Assembly (NCBI GenBank): GCA_963774265.1
Contig: CAVZDU010000002.1
Span: 320,001 to 384,000, forward strand
Direction: 5' to 3'
Length of the DNA stretch: 64,000 bases
Source of the DNA: an uncultured Chloroflexia bacterium
Lineage (GTDB): Bacteria > Chloroflexota > Anaerolineae > CG2-30-64-16
Shown piece after piece: positions 18,347 to 27,608 of this stretch. The position numbers were made by a program, and so were the translations under genes. Numbering within the stretch: position 1 is the first letter of the stretch; each line of letters begins with the position of its first letter. The notes beneath the pieces were generated by a model. The model made no database searches. It was not told the origin of the DNA and worked only from the letters and a program-made list of their open reading frames with translations.

Positions 18347-20825
18347 ATGAAGCAACCCGGCGACGGGGCAACCACCAGCAGAAGACTCCTGCTGGGTGCT
18401 ATTCTGCTGATCGGAACGGGTCTGCGGCTGTTTCGGCTGGGCGCGGATAGCCTGTGGTATGACGAGACGGTCAGCACGTATCTCGCGGGCAGCTCCATCG
18501 CTGAGTTGATCCGGCACACTGCCGGCGATATCCACCCACCGGGCTATTATGTGCTGCTGCGCGGCTGGCTGCTCCTGACCGGGTATGGCGCGGGCCATGC
18601 TGGCCCCACGGGCAACGGACTGGAATTTGCCGCCGCATTCTTCTCGCTCTTCCTTGGCGTACTTCTGATCGCCCTCGTCTATGTTCTCGCGGCCAGGTTC
18701 GCCGGCAGCGCCGTCGCCCCGGTCGCGGCTGGCCTCATTGCCCTGAGCCCGTTCAACGTCTGGTACAGCCAGGAAGTACGGATGTACACCCTGGGCGCGG
18801 TCCTGGGCGTCGTGGTGTTGTGGGCACTGATGGGCATCGCAACGGAATCACGATCCAATCACCCCTACCTTCTCTATGTCACTGCCGCAGCCATCGGCAT
18901 GTACACGCTCTATTATTTCGTCTTCCTCCTCATTCCCGTGAATCTGTGGGTGCTCCTTGCTCTCCTTCGGCAGCGACGCCCGGTTGGGCCTTTGATCGGG
19001 GCCAACGCCTTCGCTGGCCTGCTGTGCGCGCCCTGGATTCCGAACGCATGGCGGCAAGCGACACAGCCACCCGTGCCGCCCTGGCGCAGCACCCCCGACT
19101 TGTGGGCTGCACTGCGAGAGGGCTGGACCGCCCTATCCTTGGGACAATCGACCCCTGCCTGGTTATGGCCTGCGCTCGCGCTGACGTTGGCGCTTTATGC
19201 GCTTGGAGCGCTTGCCATCGCCCGGGGAGGGAAGTGGGAGGGTCGGGCAACTGCACGGGGAATCCACATTGCGGAAGGCCTTGTCCTGGCCACCGCCGCG
19301 CCCCTCCTGCTGATCCTCGTCATCTCCTTTGTGAGCCCCCTCTATCATGTCCGCTACCTGTTCACCTACAGCCCGGCATTCTATGTCGTCCTGGCAGCCG
19401 GGCTGGTCGCGCTGGCCCGGCGTTGGCGGCCCGTCGCATGGACAGCCGGAGTCGTATGGATGGCCGCCGCAGGGGTGACACTCCGCGATCTTCTGGTTTG
19501 ACCCGCTCTATCGAGCAGATGACCACCGGGCAGCTGTACGCGAGCTGGCGGCTCGATGGCGTCCAGGCGATGTGTTGCTGGTCAACGCGGGATGGCCATA
19601 CACGGCAATCTCAACATACTGGAATGGGATCATCGGCGGAAGGTATCGGATCACCGGTGCGCTGCCAGAGGCACGCGAAGACGATGCGCTGGTCATGGTG
19701 ACCAGCGGTCACACGGACGGCGACGCGAATCTCGGGTGGGGGGATTCGCGCTCGGATTTCTTCGCCATGCCGAGCCAGGTCGCCAAGGAGCAGGTGGCGG
19801 ATCTATTCACCCGCTTCCCGCGCGTGTGGCAATATCGCATCTACGACACGGTCAACGACCCGAACGGCCTGCTGCGCGATTTGCTGCTGCGGAACGGTCA
19901 ACTCGTGGATGAACGATCCTATGCGGGCGAAGCATTCCTGCGCGTCCAGGCATACGCGCCTCGGGACGGCGCCCCCTGGTCCCCTGGGGCGCCCGGCGCC
20001 AGCTATCCTGGTGGATTGGAGGTACGCTGGGAGGGTCTGCCGGCCAAAGTTGCCTCAGGAGAAACGATCTACGCGGCCGTCACCTGGCGATCGTCCGAGA
20101 CACAGAGCAGCGCGCTCGGCGCCTCACTGCGCCTGGTGGGAGAGGACGGCCAAACCTGGGCGCAGCCGCCAGATGAGCAGCCGCTCGGTCCCCTGTTCGT
20201 TTCCACTCAGTGGCCTGCGGGCATGGCACAGCGGCAAGCCGTTGCGTTGCAGGCGCCCGAGGGGGCACCACCAGGCGAGTACGCGGTCGTCCTGGTTGCC
20301 TATTCGACCGACACCGGCCAGCCGCTGAGCCCGGCGCCCGTCAACGGCGCGAACGAAGCACCCCCCGGCATGATTTTGGGCCGCGTAGCGGTGGAGCGAC
20401 CCTTGCCAGCGCCCGCTGCGCGCGCCGCCGTGGCCCAATTCGGACCCCTGGCGCTCATCGAAGCCCAAACGCCCGTAACGACTCTCTCTCCCGGGGACGC
20501 CATCCCGGTCGAGTTGCTCTGGCAGGCGCGGACCGCACCCAACGAGCCACTGGTCATCGTGATCCAATTGTTGGATGGGGCGGGCAGCGTCGTCGCCGGT
20601 ACGGAGGAACAGCCACTCAACGGCGGCTACGGGACTCAAGCCTGGGAGGCGGGAGAGTTGGTGCGTGACCGGCACACCCTGGGGATCCCGCGGGCGCTGT
20701 CCGCCGGGACCTATCGTCTTGTGGTCGGTGTGTACCGTGCAGCCGATGGAACCCGCTTCACGAACCGTCGCGGACCCTCGGCAGACAGCCTTTCCTGGGA
20801 AATGAAGCGCATCGAAGTCCGGTAG
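18347..20825 (+). CDS. GT-C / GT39 (PMT-like) membrane glycosyltransferase with extracytoplasmic C-terminal domains, apparent frameshift near 19490
   Basis: 'SLWYDE', 'DIHPPGYY', 'YSQEVRMY' followed by soluble domain ('W.AGE.VRDRH..PAGTYRL.VG.Y'). Confidence 0.85.
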
Positions 20826-20834
20826 GGCAAAACG

Positions 20835-20859
20835 AAAAGGGCGACCTTTCGGCCGCCCT
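20835..20859 (-). terminator. Terminator of SRP RNA
   Basis: Minus strand agggcggcc-gaaa-ggtcgccct then TTTCGTTTT. Confidence 0.7.
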
Positions 20860-20871
20860 CATCATGATACC

Positions 20872-21141
20872 TGGTCGTGCACCCGCTTCGAACCTCGTCA
20901 CTCGGCTTGCACAAGTCCGGCTTGCTCAGGCCAGGCGACCCCGTGGCACCCGAGAAGTGACCGCTTAGGGCTGCTACCTTCCGGTCCTGACCCGGTTCAC
21001 AGGCTCCCGCCGCACAGGACCCAACCATCAACGCTCACCGGCAGGCAGTCCCGCTGACCGCAGACCCTCGAGAGGGAATTCAACCCCGCTGTAGCGGATT
21101 GCGGGTACAGGGCACCGCTAGCTCCCCGTCTAGCACGACCA
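20872..21141 (-). ncRNA. ffs: Signal recognition particle RNA, large bacterial type (Alu plus S domain)
   Basis: 5' 'ggtcgtgctagacggggagctagcggtgccctgtacccgcaatccgct' resembles Bacillus scRNA Alu domain; helix 8 'gtcaggaccggaaggtagcagc'; complementary termini tggtcgtgc/gcacgacca. Confidence 0.95.
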
Positions 21142-22121
21142 TGCACGATTATAGCCCAGAAGCAGGGGGGTGTCAAAGAAAGCCGGAGACGACCGGGAAT
21201 TCCGATGCCCGCCCGCCTCACCCGGCCGCTGTCCTCCTTGCGCTTAGCAAACCCCTCGACCAGGTTTGTAAACTCCATCGGGAAGATGAACTTGGTCGCA
21301 GGACCGGCGCCCAAAACTTTCAGCGCGTCCAGGTACTGCAGTTGCATGGTCTTCTGGTCGACGGTGTGCGCAGCTTCGTAGATCTTGGTCAGGGCCATGC
21401 TATAGCCGTCGGCATTGAGAATGGCGGCCTGTCGCGCGCCCTCAGCGGTCAGGATTGCAGCCTGCCGGGAACCTTCAGCCCGCAGGATGTCGGACTGTTT
21501 GGCGCCCTCGGCCACCTTGATAGAGGCCTCACGCTTGCCGTCGGCCTCGAGGACCACTGCACGACGCTCGCGTTCCGCAGCCATCTGGCGGTTCATCGCC
21601 GTCTGGATCTCGCGCGGCGGGACGATCTCGCGGATCTCCACGCCCGTCACCTTGACGCCCCAGCGTTCAGTGACCTCGTCCAGCTTTGTGCGCAACACCT
21701 GGTTGATCTGCTCGCGCTTCGCCAACACGTCGTCCAGGGGGATGTCACCGATCACCGCGCGCAGCGTGGTGGTCGCAATACCCTGCGAGGCGCCAGCGAA
21801 ATCACGGACCTTCAACACCGACAGCCCTGGATCGACGACCTTCCAGTAGATCAGAAAATCGATGTCGATCGGCGCGTTGTCCTGGGTGATGCACGTCTGC
21901 GAGGGGATTTCCAGGAAATCCTCACGCAGGTTGACCCTGCTGGCCTGGTCGATGATCGGCCAAAGCCACACCAGGCCGGGGCCACGAGTGCCCGCGAACC
22001 GCCCCAACCGGAACAACACCAGGCGCTCGTAATCCCTCACTACACGAATCGGGCGGAAAATCAACAGAAAGAACAGAAACAGAATCAGCAGAATCAGGAT
22101 GACCAGTGCAGCCTCAGCCAT
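20997..22121 (-). CDS. SPFH/band-7 (stomatin-like) protein; true stop probably near 21220
   Basis: 'YERLVLFRLGR', 'ITQDNAPIDID', 'TTLRAVIG', 'MAAERERRA'; the ORF tail runs implausibly into ffs. Confidence 0.9.
   Translation of the reverse strand: MAEAALVILILLILFLFFLLIFRPIRVVRDYERLVLFRLGRFAGTRGPGLVWLWPIIDQASRVNLREDFLEIPSQTCITQDNAPIDIDFLIYWKVVDPGLSVLKVRDFAGASQGIATTTLRAVIGDIPLDDVLAKREQINQVLRTKLDEVTERWGVKVTGVEIREIVPPREIQTAMNRQMAAERERRAVVLEADGKREASIKVAEGAKQSDILRAEGSRQAAILTAEGARQAAILNADGYSMALTKIYEAAHTVDQKTMQLQYLDALKVLGAGPATKFIFPMEFTNLVEGFAKRKEDSGRVRRAGIGIPGRLRLSLTPPCFWAIIVHGRARRGASGALYPQSATAGLNSLSRVCGQRDCLPVSVDGWVLCGGSL
21148..21176 (-). promoter_or_regulatory. Consensus sigma70 promoter of ffs
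   Basis: Minus strand TTGACA-17 bp-TATAAT, ending just upstream of the RNA 5' end. Confidence 0.9.
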
Positions 22122-22124
22122 GAG

Positions 22125-22883
22125 TTAGCTCCTTTCGAATTGATCGATGACCCGCTCCACGCGGAGCCGCAAACCGTCAACGCCAACCACACGAATGTGC
22201 GTCCCGGCCGGGATGTCCTCGCCGGTGGCGTTCTCAGCAGTCCATTCCTCGCCCTCAATCCTAACGATGCCGTCGGGGTTCAGCGGTTGGCGCGCGATGC
22301 CGGTCTTGCCGATCAGCGTCTCCTTCCCCATCGCCAACGGACGGAATTGCGCACGGAAGGCAGCCGCGATGCCCAAAATGAAGAACCCGCCCACGCCCAG
22401 GGTCGTCCCCACCATCAGCCAGGGGTTAAGCTGAGCGACGGGAGCGGCGACGGTCGGTGGCTCAGCCCACGGCGGCGTGAAGATCAACATCGAGCCGATG
22501 AGAAACGCGATCACCCCGCCGACGCTGAGCGCGATGCCGGTGACCTTGATGTCGATCAGCATCATGGCGACGCCGGCAATGATCAATACCGGGCCCAGCC
22601 AGTTCGTCGGCAGTTGCAGCAGGCCATACAGCGACAGCAGCAACATGATGACGCCGGCCACCCCAGGGATCACCGCACCGGGGGTGGCAAACTCAGCGAT
22701 CAACGCCAGGAGGCCCAGCACGAGAAGCAGATAGGTCACATTGGGATTCGCCAGGAACGCCAGGAAGCGGTCCACAAACGCGACGCCGGTCGGATCCTCG
22801 ATAAATGGCCCCGCACAGCCGGACAGCAGGCTCAACGACAGCAACGCCACGGAACCTACAGATAAGCGGCAACGCTTCAGCAT
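22125..22883 (-). CDS. NfeD family membrane protein (no N-terminal protease domain; lipobox-like LLSGC)
   Basis: 'ANPNVTYLLL..G..AEF.TPG...PG', C-terminal OB fold 'LIGK.G....L.P.G.VRI.GE.W.A'; upstream of SPFH partner. Confidence 0.88.
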   Translation of the reverse strand: MLKRCRLSVGSVALLSLSLLSGCAGPFIEDPTGVAFVDRFLAFLANPNVTYLLLVLGLLALIAEFATPGAVIPGVAGVIMLLLSLYGLLQLPTNWLGPVLIIAGVAMMLIDIKVTGIALSVGGVIAFLIGSMLIFTPPWAEPPTVAAPVAQLNPWLMVGTTLGVGGFFILGIAAAFRAQFRPLAMGKETLIGKTGIARQPLNPDGIVRIEGEEWTAENATGEDIPAGTHIRVVGVDGLRLRVERVIDQFERS

Positions 22884-23086
22884 CGTCGCCTCCTTTCACC
22901 ACGTCTATTCACAGTATACCCGAACTCAATCGTTCGTGCTTGTCGAAAGGCTGATATGAAGCTGACAAGTGCGGACATAGGACTGGAGATCATCATCCCC
23001 GGGCAGCGGATCGTGCTTGAGGCGAACGGGCTGGCTTACGAGTGTCCCGCGAGGCAAAGCGGCGTCATGCTCTGCAGTCCGCAGCG

Positions 23087-26000
23087 TTAGCGCTTGATCA
23101 TCGGCAAGTAGATCGTTGGCTTCGGAGCCGAGTTATCCAAGCGCACCGGGATGGACAGGGCGCCTGGCGCGCCGGACGGGCCTGCCAGGATCAGGCCGAA
23201 TGTCTCCCCGCCGTCAGCCAGTGGCTCATCCAGCACCCAATTCACTTTGAAGTTGATCGGGGTGTTGGGGGGAAATGGGCCGGTCGGCAGATTGGTAGCC
23301 GTCAGGCCGTAGCCCTGGACAGCAGTGATTGTGATGTCGAAGTTCTCGCCCACCGCGACACCCCAACCGTGCACGGCCGCCAGGTAATTCCCGTCGGCCG
23401 GGAAGGTGAGCTTTACATTCTCATTGGCGGTGCTGGTGGCGGATTTACCGACCACCTCAGTGTCGAAATCAAAGACCGCATCATCATTGGCGTCGTAGAG
23501 CACGAACAAGTCGAGATCACCATCGTCCGCAGTCGTCGAAACCTCCAGCGATGCGCCATTCTTGATGGTGATCGGGAACGTGTAGGTCGCAGTGCTGGGA
23601 TCGTCCGGGTCGTCCTGAACCTGTGGGAACGTCTGCGTCTCGGGTGCGCCGAAGCCGAAGGCCGAAGCCTCCAGGCCGGCCAGCGCCAACGAAGACTTGA
23701 CGGTCATCGGGAAGCTGCCTGAAATAGCGTCACCCACGGAGATGTCGACCGGGTTCGGTGTGGCCGAGATGGTGCCCACCTGGCCGGTAAAGTTCTCCTC
23801 CGCCCTGGCCCCGTCGAACATGACGTTGTGCAGTGCAATCAGGTTAAGGCCTGGGATCACCGGCGCGGCTACGATCTCGCGGGGGCCGCCGGTGGCAGTT
23901 TGGTAGGTCCAAACGCCCTTGCTCGGGTTCAACCGCGGGCTGCCGCCCACATGGGCGAGGCTGTAAGGACCGTAGACATCCTCGGCGCCGGAGAAGGTCG
24001 GGATTTGGGAGGGGAGGTCGCAGGCGACGTCGTTGCTGAAACAGTCGTCGGTGGGACCCATCACCACCGTGTCAATGTCGGTGTTGGCGCCAGTCCAGCG
24101 CGTATCGATCAGCAGGTTGGCGCCCGCCGGCATGCTGTCCGGCACATCCATGAAGTAGAAGCGCCAGTCGCCTGCCTCAGCGCGCCAGTCCCAGTCGAAG
24201 TAGCCGTAGACCTGGCCGTTGTCGTAGGGTGTCGCGGTCTGCGATGCACCGCCGAAGACGAAGTCGGTGCCGGAGGCCGCCACGTTGGCCACCACCGGCA
24301 TGTTGGTCTCGTTCGTGCCGTCGTTCAGGCGCAGGGTCGCTTCATATAGGCCGATGCTGGTCAGCGCAGGCACGACCATGGTTGCTTCGAAAGTGGCCGA
24401 GCCGCCGGCGGGCACCGTGACGGAAGCCGGTGCGGTCAGCCAGGGGAAATCCACAGCCTTGTAGAAGTTGAGCTGCAGCTTCAGGTGCGTGACCGGCACC
24501 GTAGTCGACCGCGAGCGATGACTGATGCCGACGAAAATGCCGTCGTGCATGCGCTCCAGCGGCAGCTTGACGCGCTGCTGCGAGGAGGTTCCGCGGTCGT
24601 AGCCGTAGCCGAACCGCATGTGCTCGCCTTGCTGGATTTCACAAGCGGCGTCCCCGAAGTTGGGGGAACCGCCGACAATCGGGCAGTTGATCGCGCCGTT
24701 GCCGTTCTTATCCGCGTAGAGCACGCCGTCGAGGTTGATATCGGTCCAATCCATGGGCACCACGCGCCAACTCGAGTTGGCCTTGTAATTGCCGTCCGGG
24801 TCAAACTCAGCAAACGGCTGCGCCAGCCTGGCTTCCATCAGTACAGTGCCGACCGGAATGAAGGACTCGACGTCAATCAGGTAGTCCGGCACATAGAAAT
24901 CGGCCGTCTCCAAGCTCTGGTCGACGGTGGTGACGTCAATCTCCTTCTGACCGATCCGCACCAGTTGGTCGTCTCTAATGGCCACCGTCGCAGCGGCCGC
25001 ACCTGGGTTATGGATCGTGAACTCCTGTGTCGCGGTCTGGCCCGGGTGCATGATGCTGGTGAACGCATCATACTTGACGCCGCGGAAGTCGCCGAAGGTG
25101 ACGCTGTCAGGCGTGACGTACACGCCGCTCAAGCCGGCTGCGATCTTCACGGAACGCTCCGCGTTGATCGTGCCCGCGCCTTCGGCGAAGCCGTCGTTGT
25201 GCGCGTTATCCCCGCCGGCCATCAGCAAGGCCCGCGCCTCGACGTTGGTCGGCCAGACGCCATTCGCTTCCTTGAACGCCCCCATCACCAACGCCATGTT
25301 ACCCGCGGCCACGGGGGTCGAGCGGCTCGTGCCGCCCCAGCTCTCCCAGGCATGCCAACCATCCACAGCCTTTCCAAATGCCTCGTTCAAGGGGATGTCA
25401 CCGGCACCCCAGCCGCCGTTAGCCAGCACTGACACGCCATTCTCGCCCTGGGCCGACGGGCCGCGATCCGAAAAGCCCATCAGGTCGTTGTACTGGAGCT
25501 GATTCCGGGTCGTGATGCTGTCGAAGCTGGAGCCGGTGGAGTCATACAACGTGGACGCGCCCACCGAGATGCCTAAGTTGGCGCCCGGGGAGTTGTTGGT
25601 GCCGTAGCCAGACCCGCCGTTGCCGGTGGAGTTCATCTCAACCAGATGCGGATTGAGGACGCGCTGGATCAGATCGAACAGGCGGGATTGATAATCCCAG
25701 CCGTCGTTGACGGTGCTGCTATTCCCCCAGGAGTTGCTGACGATCTGAATATCGTCCTCGGTGCCCGGCTCGCCGTCGTAGCCCAACGCAGCGAAGAGCA
25801 AAGCGTCGTTGCTCGCATTAGCGGCGGTGTAAAAGTCGCCATTGGAGGTGAGCTGGACGTCCTTGCCGCCACCCTGCACCATTCCGGTACCCGGCGTGCC
25901 GTCACCCGGCGCCTTGAAGGCCGGCGCGTCGCCGTCGATGACACCCTGCGCAGCGACGCCCGAAGCGCACAGCGTGCCGTGGTCGCCGCTCTCCACGTAG

Positions 26001-27280
26001 TCATCGATCGAGAAGGCCACCAGGTCGCCCGGCCCGGCTACATCCGGGCCGATGCGCCACATCCAGTCGGATGCCGGCAGCGAGTTCACGCCGTCGCTGA
26101 TCCAGTAGATGATGCCGCCGGACAGGTCGGCTACACCATCGTCGTTCAGGTCAGAGAACACATACTCGTCGCCCTTGACCGCCTTCTTCTCGTTGGTGAA
26201 GTCGTAGTCGTCGTCCAGGTCGACGTAGACGGTGTCATACACGCCAGCCGCATTCTCGTCCACCACCAGCACGGCTGCACGCTCATCGAACGCATTCTGC
26301 AAGGTGGTGTCGGGGTGCGAGCCGAAGTGATACACGCCGCTCTTGCTCGTGGCCACGAAAGTGTAGACATGGCCACCAGGGTCGGTGCTGCCCACCGGCG
26401 CGAACACCGCGCTCACCTTACCGCCGCCCAAGTCGGTCAGCTCCGCGCCAGAGCGGGTAGTGCTCGTGTCAGCATAGTCGGGCGCGTGGCCGAAGATGCC
26501 CACGCCGCTGGCCACATAGTCGGTGTCCAGCCAATAGTCATAGGCCAGGTTGAGCATCGAGAAGGAGTCGAACATCTCAGGCCAACCGTAGTAGGGCGAT
26601 GTGGCATCGGTGATCCTCGCGATTGTACCCTGCAGATCCGGGTGGGAGAAGTCGGAGCCAGTGTCGTTGACCATGACCTTGACGCCCTGGCCGGTGTAGC
26701 CCAGGTCCCAGGCTGCCTTGGACTTGTGGACGTCAAGAACGTCGAACCAGTCGGCGATACCATCCGGACCGGCCGACGCCTTGGCGGCAAGCTGACCGGC
26801 CTGGGACCTCAGCGCTGCGATACGCTCACGAGCTGCTGACAGATCAGCGACGCCCGCCAGGTGCCTGGGACCTATATCCGGAATCGCCGGCTTATCGCCG
26901 CTGTAACGCAGATCCTGGATCGCCGCTACACCGGGCAGGGAGGCCAGCTTGCTCACCTGGGCCGCTTTCACGCGACCGAAGTAGGCCTGTGTGCCGTTGG
27001 GCAACACGTAGCTCTGCACCAGCAGGTTGGACATGTAGCGGCTGAGGTCGGTACCCTGCCTGGCATATACGATGATGTCGAGCACATCGCTGGGCGCGGC
27101 AGCCGTTACGCCTGCCTGGAGTTTGAGATGAATCTTGCCGGCGGTGCTGTCGCCAGCGGTGGTGACATCACCCTGGGGCGCACCGGCAGCAGGCGCTGCG
27201 CGCGAGGGCACGAGAAACAGAGGCACTGCCAGGATGAGGATCAACAGGAACGCCAAAAGCCCAGGTGTTCTTGCACGCAC
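23087..27280 (-). CDS. Secreted S8 (subtilisin-like) serine peptidase, 1397 aa, C-terminal IYLPMIKR motif
   Basis: Signal peptide; triad 'VMVNDTG', 'DHGTLCAS', 'GGTSRSTP'; PPC-like C-terminal domain. Confidence 0.92.
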   Translation of the reverse strand: MRARTPGLLAFLLILILAVPLFLVPSRAAPAAGAPQGDVTTAGDSTAGKIHLKLQAGVTAAAPSDVLDIIVYARQGTDLSRYMSNLLVQSYVLPNGTQAYFGRVKAAQVSKLASLPGVAAIQDLRYSGDKPAIPDIGPRHLAGVADLSAARERIAALRSQAGQLAAKASAGPDGIADWFDVLDVHKSKAAWDLGYTGQGVKVMVNDTGSDFSHPDLQGTIARITDATSPYYGWPEMFDSFSMLNLAYDYWLDTDYVASGVGIFGHAPDYADTSTTRSGAELTDLGGGKVSAVFAPVGSTDPGGHVYTFVATSKSGVYHFGSHPDTTLQNAFDERAAVLVVDENAAGVYDTVYVDLDDDYDFTNEKKAVKGDEYVFSDLNDDGVADLSGGIIYWISDGVNSLPASDWMWRIGPDVAGPGDLVAFSIDDYVESGDHGTLCASGVAAQGVIDGDAPAFKAPGDGTPGTGMVQGGGKDVQLTSNGDFYTAANASNDALLFAALGYDGEPGTEDDIQIVSNSWGNSSTVNDGWDYQSRLFDLIQRVLNPHLVEMNSTGNGGSGYGTNNSPGANLGISVGASTLYDSTGSSFDSITTRNQLQYNDLMGFSDRGPSAQGENGVSVLANGGWGAGDIPLNEAFGKAVDGWHAWESWGGTSRSTPVAAGNMALVMGAFKEANGVWPTNVEARALLMAGGDNAHNDGFAEGAGTINAERSVKIAAGLSGVYVTPDSVTFGDFRGVKYDAFTSIMHPGQTATQEFTIHNPGAAAATVAIRDDQLVRIGQKEIDVTTVDQSLETADFYVPDYLIDVESFIPVGTVLMEARLAQPFAEFDPDGNYKANSSWRVVPMDWTDINLDGVLYADKNGNGAINCPIVGGSPNFGDAACEIQQGEHMRFGYGYDRGTSSQQRVKLPLERMHDGIFVGISHRSRSTTVPVTHLKLQLNFYKAVDFPWLTAPASVTVPAGGSATFEATMVVPALTSIGLYEATLRLNDGTNETNMPVVANVAASGTDFVFGGASQTATPYDNGQVYGYFDWDWRAEAGDWRFYFMDVPDSMPAGANLLIDTRWTGANTDIDTVVMGPTDDCFSNDVACDLPSQIPTFSGAEDVYGPYSLAHVGGSPRLNPSKGVWTYQTATGGPREIVAAPVIPGLNLIALHNVMFDGARAEENFTGQVGTISATPNPVDISVGDAISGSFPMTVKSSLALAGLEASAFGFGAPETQTFPQVQDDPDDPSTATYTFPITIKNGASLEVSTTADDGDLDLFVLYDANDDAVFDFDTEVVGKSATSTANENVKLTFPADGNYLAAVHGWGVAVGENFDITITAVQGYGLTATNLPTGPFPPNTPINFKVNWVLDEPLADGGETFGLILAGPSGAPGALSIPVRLDNSAPKPTIYLPMIKR

Positions 27281-27390
27281 AGCACCCTTCTCCTTTTCTG
27301 AACTGATGGACCGTACGGGGGAAATGGGCGCGGGCCCAACTCAAGGCGGAGCGCCAATTGCCGGCATGCACCCCGCGCCACGATTGCGCT

Positions 27391-27419
27391 ATTATAGGCT
27401 TCACAGGCGCCTCGGTCAA
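27391..27419 (-). promoter_or_regulatory. sigma70 promoter for leftward S8 gene
   Basis: Minus strand TTGACC-17 bp-TATAAT. Confidence 0.75.
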
Positions 27420-27430
27420 TCGAAACTCAG

Positions 27431-27459
27431 TTGACATCAAGGAACGGGCCATCTATAAT
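27431..27459 (+). promoter_or_regulatory. sigma70 promoter for rightward S8/5'-nucleotidase gene
   Basis: Perfect TTGACA-17 bp-TATAAT. Confidence 0.85.
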
Positions 27460-27608
27460 CCGTTTTGGCGCCGTGCACCCAGGCATGCCATGGTCGAACA
27501 CCAGATTGCAAGGAGGTGTCCATCCCCGTTCACCCAAGCCCTTTCCGCATCCGACGATCTATGTCCCAGACGAGTGTTGCTGAACGCAGAGAAAGGAACA
27601 ACTGTCAA

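Noticed and set aside
21099-22865. Long antisense ORFs (e.g. 21099-22865, 44975-46651, 59455-60969, 2955-4256, 6433-7797)
   Set aside because: Shadow ORFs opposite well-supported genes in GC-rich DNA; no recognisable motifs.
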